The notes beneath the pieces were generated by a model, which had not been told where the DNA came from, did not search any database, and worked only from the letters and a program-made list of their open reading frames with translations. From Epithemia pelagica (Eukaryota > Protista > Bacillariophyta), in assembly GCA_946965045.2 (NCBI GenBank), contig OX337232.1, forward strand, positions 2,542,001 to 2,606,000: 64,000 nucleotides of DNA, written 5' to 3'. Positions within the stretch are counted from its first letter, which is position 1; each line of letters opens with the position of its first letter. Both the position numbers and the translations under genes were made by a program. Shown here piece by piece: positions 1 to 9,195 of the stretch.

Positions 1-346
1 TGAGGTGCCGAACCTAACCGATGATTTTCGGTGAGAGTTCTACTAACAAGCACTGGCGTTATACTACTAGTAAATAAACAAAAGAAGGTCTAGAGTATAG
101 AGTATGTATTTTAATGCAATCAAAGTTATGGGGCTCAGCAAAAACCAGTCATTTCTGTTCGACAAGAATGAACACTGGCAAGTAATGAGCTGCCCAGCGA
201 CTAAACAGATGAGTAGCGTCTCACACGAGCAGAGCAAACAAAAGTGGCAAGTGGCAGTGAGCATGACTGATGTCATTGACAACATGGCAATTGGCAATGG
301 ATCAAGCTCACCTGGAAAGCCAGTAACATTCGTAAGTACCTACCTA

Positions 347-781
347 CCGTAATTTGCGGATTCCTGGACCCCACAGAGTCCTGGACCCCCCGCTCCCCTT
401 AAACGTACATGGCCCCCTAACTTTTGATCTGTAGGTTCTTTCCGGGTTTTAGGGTTACCTCCACATTCCTCACGTTTCGAGCTTTCTATCGCACTGGCTA
501 ACATTAGATGGGAGTGAATCAAAGAGGAGAAACAAGAGATACAGCATGATGGGTAGTATTGTTAGGGTTAAGGCTACGCTTGGAAGCACGGTGATATCCC
601 TTACTGGAATAGTGCGACCAACCGTTCTCTACAACTCCGATGTTTATCATGAAATTTACTATCAAGTTAATTGTACACTGTGAATGGAATCTTAAAAAAA
701 ATTATCGAAAATTGTGGAGTTCTGGACCCCCCCAAGTTGTTTCATGCACATTCCTGGGGTCCAGGACTCCGCAAATTACGG
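347..781. mobile_element. Non-autonomous MITE, 435 bp, TA target duplication (Tc1/mariner-pogo-like ends)
   Basis: 26-bp TIRs CCGTAATTTGCGGATTCCTGGACCCC (347-372) and GGGGTCCAGGACTCCGCAAATTACGG (756-781), 25/26 match. TA on both flanks, extra internal CTGGACCCC motifs, no long ORF. Confidence 0.85.
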
Positions 782-1230
782 TAGTAAGTACGATGTGCTT
801 TGGCAAAAGAAAAGAGAATTGTGAGCCTGCCCCAAATTATGCAACAACCAACCGCCATCCACGCAGGGGACGCTTGTTGGGCTTGCGTCCGCTTCAAACG
901 TCGAAAAATTCAGCTGGGCATGCGTGTCAATTTGCAATTTGATAATTTCTATTTGCATCAAAAGCGAAAAATGCTGTCTGTGTCCACTTGGGAACCTGTG
1001 AAGGTGGCACAGACAAAAAACAGCTTAGCAGTGGACACTGATACCGAGGGATCCGTGCTGTCTGGGCTTTATTTTGTTTTGGTAATTGTGCCTAACGCTG
1101 TCCTTACGCATTCGCAAAACAAATCCAAAAGACCGCGCCTTTTCGAATCCTCTCCCCCATCCTCCCCCAGTCTTCACTGACTACTAAAACTTTTGGGTAC
1201 GAAGACAGCGACACCTTAGGCCATTGACGT

Positions 1231-1494
1231 TAGGGATACCGTTGTAGTCGAACGCCCGCTCGCCATGTCGAACGCCCGCCTGACATATCGAAACTGTATG
1301 TTACGCATACACTATCATAGGTACAACACTATCCCTAATGTATTTCCCGGATTTGTCGCTCGCAAATCCGGAGGCCCGGATTTGTTCGAACAAATCCGGA
1401 GAGGCCATATTACCCGGATATATGACGTCAACGTGACGCAAATTGATGACGTGTACGGTATCGGGATTTGGTTTTGCGAGCTAAAGGAACAGCC
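1231..1494. mobile_element. Partial PIF/Harbinger-type MITE (right end only), same family as the MITE split at 19186/45135-46043
   Basis: Ends AGCTAAAGGAACAGCC|TTA like the 46043 end (AAGGAACAGCC|TTA). 1247-1337 resembles 45270-45360, and TATTACCCGGATATATGACGTCAA resembles TATTACCCAGATGTGTGACGTCAA near 45983. No matching left end found. Confidence 0.7.
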
Positions 1495-1548
1495 TTAGGC
1501 AACAACGGCTGCTCCATTGTCCGTTGATGCTTGATGTATCGTCCGTTA

Positions 1549-2817
1549 CCCCCAAGCAGGGGTGAGTCAGTCACGCGTGATTGGATGCACGATGTGCATC
1601 CGTATACTCACCCCCTTGGCTCGACCTGGTCGCTCTCGACATTGATACAAATTTCTAAAAACCACATTGTACCTCCACACATCCATCACGGTGGTGGAGG
1701 TGCAGTGGTATCCAAACGACCTACATCATGTCTTCTTCTTCACATAAATCACTTGCAGAGTCCATCAATGTCGATAGGGTGGCTTCGGGCGCCAAGGAAG
1801 ACTTCCAGGCTGCCCGAGAAGCCACCAGCTCGTTAAAAAGTTCAGTACGATGAGAAACACTAAGAAAATCCAGCAACATGCGATACATTCAGCAATCAAA
1901 GACTATTTCGACAAATCGTCGCTGAAGATCCATCTACGAATAAGATGCACCATAGTCCCTCAAAATGTGTCAACGTTTGGACAAGGTGTCCATAAAAGCA
2001 TCTTGAACACCAGCGTCATCCTCTGCATCAGAGTCTGATTCCTTCAAGTCCTTTGATGACTCTTCGTCATTCTTTTCTTTGTCTTCATATGCTGGCTATG
2101 AGATTTCTCACTTCCACTTGACGATGACGACATGGCGGCTGACACCGTCAGGTTTACCGTCGTCTCTTTGAAGGGAATTGGGTGTGTTGCTGCTTTTATA
2201 ATGGGAACGTTCTTGTGTTTCGGCCTCATCCCCCTCGTCACAAGAACCATCATCCCCTGTGGCCGAACTTGCTTGCGGCTTTCTTTCGTTTCGTTTCGTT
2301 TGATTGCCGTGTGTGGTATCGCTGTACCATTTGTCGTTGTTTGGCATTCTTCTTGTTTCAACAATTCCACTACCACTGGATCCGATTTCAAAACACTGCC
2401 CGGTTCCTCCTGCGATGGAGACTTATTGGCGTAGGTGAACTTGTTCACTGGATTTAATAGAGCCGGTTGCGGATGCAGTCGATGGAGCTTCACCTTCCTT
2501 GTTACTGTTCCAAAATGTGCTGTCTTGCTGGTGGTCCATGCCTGTGAAAGGGTGGAATGGATGCAACACCGAGTAGGCAGAAGTGTTGTCGGTAGTATTT
2601 GACAGCTTACAATGCCTTGGGTGCGGTTGGAGAACCTTCATGGCGGATGCAATCGACCTCACTTGTTTGGCACCGTGGTGGATGCGTTGAGGTAAAATGC
2701 AATTTGTATCAATGTCGGAAAATCGCCAATTTTGGGTGGTCGAGCCAAGGGGGTGAGTATACGGATGTACCTTTAGGTACGACCTATGTGCGACCTGAAC
2801 TCACCCCTGCTTGGGGG
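1549..2817. mobile_element. 1,269-bp non-autonomous TIR DNA transposon (CCCCCAAGCAGGGGTGAGT family) with TA duplication
   Basis: Three perfect inverted blocks: 19 bp (1549-1567/2799-2817), 30 bp (1597-1626/2738-2767) and 17 bp (1637-1653/2701-2717). TA on both flanks. Interior has only broken acidic/low-complexity ORF remnants. Confidence 0.92.
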
Positions 2818-3172
2818 TATATCGTCCGTCTTTCCTCTCGACGCCGCAATGCTGCACCTTTTGTGTTTAGGATTTAGGATCGCGAAAAAATGTCGGCGAG
2901 CTCGGCTCGTGTTGAAGATCGCCAGCCGGGTCAAATGAAAAATTCAGTCGCTACTGGTGGTCGTGTGAACAAATGGGTCGCGCTTGTAAGAGGAAGAGCC
3001 AACCCCCCCCCCCCCCCACGCGCGAGCTTCAACAACCAACCACGATATTTCAAGCTGGGCAGTACCGGGTACTGTTCGTAAAATTCTCTCTCATCGTGTC
3101 TCTGCAGCAGGCAGACTGCGTACCCGGTCCCCTACTACGGTACCAGGTACCGGGTACCGGGTAGGGTATGGT

Positions 3173-3389
3173 TGTTGAAACACAACTCCGGTCGTACCGT
3201 ACAAGTAACCACTAGAGAAGATCTCGTGTTATTTTAAAAAGAATGAGCCTCCTCTTGGCTCATTATTTGTTTGTTTCGCCTCGATCTTGTGTCTATGACT
3301 CTGACGTGTCACCAAAGTCCATTGGGCCTTTTCCTCTTCAGTCGCACTTTTCGTTTCCTTTGCCTTGCTCGCATCCACTTGTCCTAACA
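3173..3389 (-). repeat. 3' LTR of Copia element 1 (217 bp)
   Basis: Direct repeat of 8908-9121 apart from a 3-bp indel. Confidence 0.95.
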
Positions 3390-6300
3390 CACTCCTTCGC
3401 GAGGAATGGTATTTACTAGTTCTCGGGATATTCATTAGGGCATCACGAAAAGTATAGAAGATGGATCCTTGCAACGGCTTCGTGTGGAAGTCAGCGATCA
3501 TTTCTTCAGTCGGGCAATATTCAATTCGTAAGTCTTTCTTGTCAACACGATCCTTGATAAAGAAATATCTGATGTTGATATGTTTTGTTTGTTTGCTGCT
3601 TGACGCACGTCCATTTTTCTCGAGCAAGATGGTACTCTTGTTATCTTGATACAAGATCACGTCCTTTATTGGATAGCCTTGGGCCTCCATAAATTGCTTA
3701 CTCCACATGATCAATGGAAGTCCATCGTGGACCCCAATTAGTTCGCTTTCAGTTGAACTTCTGGCAACTAATTTTTGCTTGCTTGACATGCTCAGAGCGG
3801 CCCCTTGTCCCATTGACATGACTGCTCCAGTATGTCCTCGCATATTTGGATGAATTGCATATGACGCATCAATCCACCATTTGACAATGCCACTCCCATC
3901 ACAGTTGAGGCGTAACAGGAGGTCTTTTGTCGACTGCAGGTATTTCATTAGTCGGGAGAGTTTCCTCCAGTCCTCTTCAGTCGGCTCAGCAACTCGAGTA
4001 CTCAAGAAAGCCAGAGTTGCTCTCAAATCAGGTCGTGCCCGTTGGGCCAAATACATGAGCTGCATGGTGAGACTATGGAAGTAGTCGGCTTGGTCTTGTT
4101 TCAGTTTTGGGGACTCTTCTGTCACCATGAAGAGATGATTAGCTGCTGGTGTCAAGGCTTTGCCATGGAATTCCTTTGGCGCTTCCTCAATCAATCGTTG
4201 GATGTATAATTGCATATCGACCATAAGGGTACCGGGCTCACTAAAGTCCAACCACATTCCCAGATAATCGTGACGCTTGCCACGTGAAATGGACAGTTCA
4301 CCAAGGGTGGCAAAAGTGTTGTTCAAATCGTCAATGATTTGTGTTACCACGGCAGGATCTTTGTGAGAGATCTTAAGATTGTCCACATGCCAGGTAAGAG
4401 TACATTGATGGCCGTTGATTGTTTTGTTTGCCACACAAGAATCGTATGGATTAATCTCGAAGCCCCAGCTTTTCACAACACTTGTGAGCTTCTCCCAAAA
4501 TAGTCTTGCTGCTCTGAGTGTACCGTGTAGAGCTCGTAGTAATTCCACATATATAACTTTTTCTCCACGTTCATAAACCACAAATTGTTCATAGCTTTTG
4601 TCAATTTCGATCAAGAGGTCGACCATCAGTCCCGTTATACGCATATAGACGTCCTTGTCCATGATTACTTGCATAAATGCACCTGGGATGTCAACTACTG
4701 CCACCTCGCGCTTCTCCATCGCGTCAACTATTGCCGTGATAAATACCGCCTCGGTTGATACTGTTGGTGAGACTGTGTCTTCCTTTGCAATATGACCCCG
4801 CTGCTTTCTACCGTCTGCACAACCACGACCTTTGATCTTCCCATTCCTTTTTCTCTTTAGGAACATCAAGTATCCTAAGGCTTGTCGTATTTGTTCTTTC
4901 GTAAGTTGGCTTTTGTGAATTGCTCGAATCACGTCTCTGTCATGAAGTTGTAGAACTTCTTTCTTGACTGCTGAGACTCCCAGATCTCCAAACATCCTCA
5001 CTCCTTGTTTCATACCCATCTGTGGAGTTTCGTTGGTAGCGCTCGTCACATAGATATCATGGTCATATCTATGCGCGTAGCTACGTTCTCTATTTGTACG
5101 TAGATTGTATCTTCGTTCCGATGGGTCTCTGTCGCCACTTGGTGCTGCAGTGGGTTCTGTTCTGGGTTCCAGGGCCGGCTCAGCTTGGTTCTCTACTAAC
5201 ATGTTGTCTGCCACGGCTTGATCAACAAAATATTCTATATTTTGTTCGTCCTGTTGGTCAATCTCATTTGCCAATACAGGATTTTCAATGAGTTCTCCTT
5301 CGTGATAATGCTCCACTCCTGGATTTTCAGCTGGAGCATTGATTGGACCATCGAAAGGTTCTTCTTCTGCAGCTGGAGCATTGATCGGACCATCGAAAGG
5401 TTCTCCTTCTCCTGATGCTTGGTCGAATACTTGATCATCGTTTTCCACATCCTCCACTCCTTGATCCCCCACTCCTTGATTTTCCTCCATCTCCTCCATT
5501 GGATCACCTACTCCTTCCTCTTCCCCACCGATGACCTCCATACCCAATCCATGGTTTTCATCTTCCTCGTCTACCTCTTCATCCACTTCTTCTAGCTCGC
5601 CGTCAATATACTCTTCATCATACCGAAGATCAATATCTTGCTCTTCTCCGTCAACAATGAATTCCTCATCGTTTGATTCATCATCATCATCATCATCAAA
5701 TTCGAGGGCTACAATTCGGTTGTCACGGTTGCCAAATGCCAAATTTGGGTACCGATCTTGCGCATTTGTTAGGTCATACACGCGTTTTTCGATGCCTTCA
5801 GGCATTGGCACAATTGTTGCATGATTCCTGTTGATGATTCGGCCAGTGACTAGGCTCATGAAGTAGTATCCTCCCTGGCGGTTCCCTGTAGGGCGAAGGG
5901 CAATTGCTCCCACTGTTCTAGGTCCCATGTTGTTTGAATGCTGCTCGTGGGTTTTGACGTACTGACCAAATTCAAATTTGCAGTGACGATTAAAGTCAAT
6001 CATTTCCCCAGTTACGAGAGTTCTAGGACTGAGCGTGTTCGAAAGTCCTTGGGATGCTGGAAAAGCATTCAGCCAATAACAAGCATACTTTGCCAGTTCA
6101 ATCACCATAATTCTTGGGACATAGCGAAATGGGAGTGTGTTATATACACAACGCATTCGTTCCTTGAGCGTTCGTATGTATCGCTCCACCTCACCAACAT
6201 GTTCTTCTCTTGAAGTTGGGTTGAGCTTGATCCCAATGTTGTTGAGTGCTGCATTGATCTCTGTCGTATCAAAGGCTCCATCAGCTAAGAGAACACGTGG

Positions 6301-8265
6301 TCTCAGATCTCCTCGTCGATATATTGACGCTACCTGTTTGATTGCCGTAATGACAGACTGATCTGTAACTGACGGTAGGGTATGGACTGTCCCGAACTTG
6401 ATATTTCGAGAGATGGTGACAAGGAAACCCACACCATTAACATGCATTACATCCATGCTGAGAACAACATCTTTTTGTTTGTCCGGGATGGGGACGTCAA
6501 CAAGTTCTTGGAATTCCACTTTGTGTGGGCGTCTTCGCGTTGTTTTTCCTTTTAGAATCCCTATGTCGGGTCCAAAGATTTTCATTGCTAACTTGACATC
6601 ATGACTCGTGAATGGGCAATTCGGAAGTAAATTTGAGTCCAGAATCTTACACAGTTCACGGTCACTTGGTCGCCCTACTTTTGCTTGAAGCGACCGGACT
6701 CCCTTAGCACGAGCAACTTCATTCTCCGTATATCCTTGTTTATTCTTAGACACGGTGGTGACTAGGCATGATTTATTATCTGAATTACGCTTAGTATAAT
6801 ACAAGCCCTCTCCATTTGATTTGAAGCAGTCCACCTGGTCTCCATTTTTGTCATATACTGTGAATGTATCGTTGTCGTCGTTGTACTTGATCTTGTGGGT
6901 TTTGGTAATGATATAGAATGAGAGGATGTTGACCCAGCCCCCTTGGTCAAACCAGACCGTTCCATAAGGGTCAAATTTGCCTTGAAGTGCTGTTGTCCTG
7001 GATCCCCCATGTCCCTGTATTGTTATCTGATGTGGGGCCTTGGATGGTTGATTTCGTAGAAGTTGTGGATTTGAAAAGACATGGACTGTTGCCTGGTTGT
7101 CGAGTAGGATCCAGGTCTTGGGTATATTAGTCTGGGAAGTTGAAAGAGAAAGAACAGGTGAGGTTGGAATAACAGTTGATATATGGTCAGTATGATTTGA
7201 ACCTTGTTGATTGGCACCACCTTGGGTGTCGCCTTGATTTGTAGTTGTTGTAGTGGTTGTTGAATCGGTGATGAATGCAACACCAGTACCTCCATTTGCA
7301 TTTGTCGTATCCTGTGGACTCTGTTGTTCTTGTTTTCTTGTCATTCTTGCATCCATGATTGCTCTAGCGTCGGCCAAGGTAGCTGGATAAATATTCTGTC
7401 CATCTAGGAAGCTGTTATGAAGATGAGCTTCATACTCCTTCTGCTGGCATGCTCGAATGAAGCGATTGGCGATCATTCTTTCTTGAGCTTCTTTTGTATC
7501 CTCATCGATGGCTTTGCCACCACGTCCATTTTTCTTAGCAATCTCTTCAACATAGGCCGCATCATAGAGGATAATGCCAAGTTCCTCTATCACTTTCACC
7601 TTCGCCTTAAACACTTCATAGAACTGGTGGACACTCTGACCGGGATGCCGTTTCAGGTGATAAAAGTCAAACCGGATTTGATCCATTGCCATTCCAGTGT
7701 AAACTCTCCCAGGCTGGTAGGTGAAGGTAGTTGTTTTTATGAGCTGCAATAACTCAATCCCGTCTCTCTTGGTTTGAATTGATCCAAAGTCTTTGTGAGC
7801 ACAAAGTTTATCCTTGAGGAGCTCTGTTGCCTGTCCCAATATAATGCTATATAGAGCAGATCGAAAATCTGCCACTGCATCTCGCTTATCCATCATTCGC
7901 TTGTACTCCATCTTCCAGGCTTCGACTTGGATGTTGGTTGCAGTAGGTCCTGGCTCCGTTGGTGTAACTGGGTCTTGTAGGTTGAGGTTCTCCACAGCGA
8001 CTTGAAAATCTTGGTTGTATTTCGAGAACTTGGTTCCGATGTAACCGATTAATAGTTCTATGTTTCTTAAATATCTCTTCGCTTGGGAGTCTTCAGCGTA
8101 ATCGAAAATGCACCCTTTGAGCAAGGGCTCTTGTCCTTCAAATTTACTAGTTGTACCTCCTCGGTTGCGTCCGCCACGACCACGGCCTTGGTTTCCTCTA
8201 CCTCGTCCTTGTTGTCCTCGTCCTCGACCACCTGAGTCCACTTGGTCAGGTCTTGCTTCTGACAT
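3229..8265 (-). CDS. Copia Gag-Pol polyprotein, 1,678 aa from the ATG at 8265
   Basis: Protease WILLDNQAT, integrase core (SMDVMHV...LADGAF...EVERYIRTLKER), RT (VVDIPGAFM...WHVDNLK), RNase H (WIDASYA...SSTESE...YQDNKS...ADFHTKPL). Confidence 0.95.
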   Translation of the reverse strand: MSEARPDQVDSGGRGRGQQGRGRGNQGRGRGGRNRGGTTSKFEGQEPLLKGCIFDYAEDSQAKRYLRNIELLIGYIGTKFSKYNQDFQVAVENLNLQDPVTPTEPGPTATNIQVEAWKMEYKRMMDKRDAVADFRSALYSIILGQATELLKDKLCAHKDFGSIQTKRDGIELLQLIKTTTFTYQPGRVYTGMAMDQIRFDFYHLKRHPGQSVHQFYEVFKAKVKVIEELGIILYDAAYVEEIAKKNGRGGKAIDEDTKEAQERMIANRFIRACQQKEYEAHLHNSFLDGQNIYPATLADARAIMDARMTRKQEQQSPQDTTNANGGTGVAFITDSTTTTTTTNQGDTQGGANQQGSNHTDHISTVIPTSPVLSLSTSQTNIPKTWILLDNQATVHVFSNPQLLRNQPSKAPHQITIQGHGGSRTTALQGKFDPYGTVWFDQGGWVNILSFYIITKTHKIKYNDDNDTFTVYDKNGDQVDCFKSNGEGLYYTKRNSDNKSCLVTTVSKNKQGYTENEVARAKGVRSLQAKVGRPSDRELCKILDSNLLPNCPFTSHDVKLAMKIFGPDIGILKGKTTRRRPHKVEFQELVDVPIPDKQKDVVLSMDVMHVNGVGFLVTISRNIKFGTVHTLPSVTDQSVITAIKQVASIYRRGDLRPRVLLADGAFDTTEINAALNNIGIKLNPTSREEHVGEVERYIRTLKERMRCVYNTLPFRYVPRIMVIELAKYACYWLNAFPASQGLSNTLSPRTLVTGEMIDFNRHCKFEFGQYVKTHEQHSNNMGPRTVGAIALRPTGNRQGGYYFMSLVTGRIINRNHATIVPMPEGIEKRVYDLTNAQDRYPNLAFGNRDNRIVALEFDDDDDDESNDEEFIVDGEEQDIDLRYDEEYIDGELEEVDEEVDEEDENHGLGMEVIGGEEEGVGDPMEEMEENQGVGDQGVEDVENDDQVFDQASGEGEPFDGPINAPAAEEEPFDGPINAPAENPGVEHYHEGELIENPVLANEIDQQDEQNIEYFVDQAVADNMLVENQAEPALEPRTEPTAAPSGDRDPSERRYNLRTNRERSYAHRYDHDIYVTSATNETPQMGMKQGVRMFGDLGVSAVKKEVLQLHDRDVIRAIHKSQLTKEQIRQALGYLMFLKRKRNGKIKGRGCADGRKQRGHIAKEDTVSPTVSTEAVFITAIVDAMEKREVAVVDIPGAFMQVIMDKDVYMRITGLMVDLLIEIDKSYEQFVVYERGEKVIYVELLRALHGTLRAARLFWEKLTSVVKSWGFEINPYDSCVANKTINGHQCTLTWHVDNLKISHKDPAVVTQIIDDLNNTFATLGELSISRGKRHDYLGMWLDFSEPGTLMVDMQLYIQRLIEEAPKEFHGKALTPAANHLFMVTEESPKLKQDQADYFHSLTMQLMYLAQRARPDLRATLAFLSTRVAEPTEEDWRKLSRLMKYLQSTKDLLLRLNCDGSGIVKWWIDASYAIHPNMRGHTGAVMSMGQGAALSMSSKQKLVARSSTESELIGVHDGLPLIMWSKQFMEAQGYPIKDVILYQDNKSTILLEKNGRASSSKQTKHINIRYFFIKDRVDKKDLRIEYCPTEEMIADFHTKPLQGSIFYTFRDALMNIPRTSKYHSSRRSVLGQVDASKAKETKSATEEEKAQWTLVTRQSHRHKIEAKQTNNEPRGGSFFLK

Positions 8266-8267
8266 GC

Positions 8268-8870
8268 TTATGATTCTCGGATGAGTTTCACGTTGTTGAG
8301 TTGTCTTCGATGTTCTTCGAACTTGTTCGTGATCTTGTTCCAAATGCGGACCCAAACTTGCTCGCCTGACTTTGTGTATCTTATGACAGTTCCTTGAAGA
8401 TTCGAAATCCCCCTAGCGTGTTGTGCCAACTTGACAGGTGTGAGGACTGAGACTTTCGAGTGAACTTGAATCACGTCTTCTACTTCTTGTTCTTCTGTGT
8501 CTTCAACTTCAACTGCTGCTGCTTCAGGTAGTAGTTCACCTCGTTCTGCTTGTCCCAAAATATGTTCTTCTTCTTCAAGTGCTGTTCTGTATACTGCTGC
8601 TGAGTCGGCTTCAAACTGGTTTCTTGCTTCACGAAGCGCTTGTCTATACCGCGTATTCTCAGTAGCACGTTCCTCTTGATAGCGCTGTTCTAACTGGGCT
8701 TTATCAGCCCAGTACCGGCAGTCCACCGCACGAAGACGGTCTTCGTGGGCTTGTTCCAGCTGGCCGGTCTTGCGCTTTTCTGTTCGTTGGAGGCGTATAA
8801 AGGCAGTTATCAATCTTGAGATTGGACCATCCGCGGGACCTTCAGAACACGGGCCTTCACTATTTGACAT
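8268..8870 (-). CDS. Extra ORF (200 aa) between the 5' LTR and gag, unknown function; helical N-terminus and beta-rich C-terminus
   Basis: ATG-initiated ORF whose stop lies 2 nt before the gag ATG; homologous to 30232-30912 in a related element. Confidence 0.75.
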   Translation of the reverse strand: MSNSEGPCSEGPADGPISRLITAFIRLQRTEKRKTGQLEQAHEDRLRAVDCRYWADKAQLEQRYQEERATENTRYRQALREARNQFEADSAAVYRTALEEEEHILGQAERGELLPEAAAVEVEDTEEQEVEDVIQVHSKVSVLTPVKLAQHARGISNLQGTVIRYTKSGEQVWVRIWNKITNKFEEHRRQLNNVKLIRES

Positions 8871-8907
8871 TCAGTGTAAGCTGAATGATTGTTTTCTTTT
8901 TAAAATA

Positions 8908-9121
8908 TGTTGAAACACAACTCCGGTCGTACCGTACAAGTAACCACTAGAGAAGATCTCGTGTTATTTTAAAAAGAATGAGCCTCCTCTTGGCTCATTT
9001 GTTTGTTTCGCCTCGATCTTGTGTCTATGACTCTGACGTGTCACCAAAGTCCATTGGGCCTTTTCCTCTTCAGTCGCACTTTTCGTTTCCTTTGCCTTGC
9101 TCGCATCCACTTGTCCTAACA
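8908..9121 (-). repeat. 5' LTR of Copia element 1 (214 bp)
   Basis: Direct repeat of 3173-3389. Confidence 0.95.
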
Positions 9122-9195
9122 ATGGTACCAGGTAGTGTTGTCGTTTTCTCTTTTGTGTGCTTCGGTCCGCTGTGGCAATTCACTAAATCTTCACC

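Larger units (their letters stand above)
3173..9121 (-). mobile_element. Full-length Ty1/Copia LTR retrotransposon (diatom CoDi-like), 5,949 bp
   Basis: Near-identical LTRs 3173-3389 and 8908-9121 (TG...CA), 5-bp TSD ATGGT (3168-3172, 9122-9126), purine tract next to the 3' LTR, gag-PR-IN-RT-RH order. Confidence 0.97.

Noticed and set aside
449-570. Telomere-like TTAGGG hexamers (also near 1230, 46320 and 48700)
   Set aside because: Isolated single copies, not arrays.
67-1180. Short ORFs at the window start, and the many 60-200-aa ORFs antisense to long genes throughout the window
   Set aside because: No recognisable motifs; they overlap a MITE or are shadow frames of real genes.
1231-1337. 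Independent 107-bp mini-MITE (TAGGGATACCGTTGTA...TACAACACTATCCCTA) or homing-endonuclease-like TAGGGATA site
   Set aside because: The interior recurs inside the Harbinger MITE (45270-45360) without the left repeat and there is no clear TSD; the 8-bp match to a homing site is too short to mean anything.
3003-3172. C15 run and GGTACC-rich micro-repeats at the Copia insertion site
   Set aside because: Simple low-complexity sequence with no further structure.
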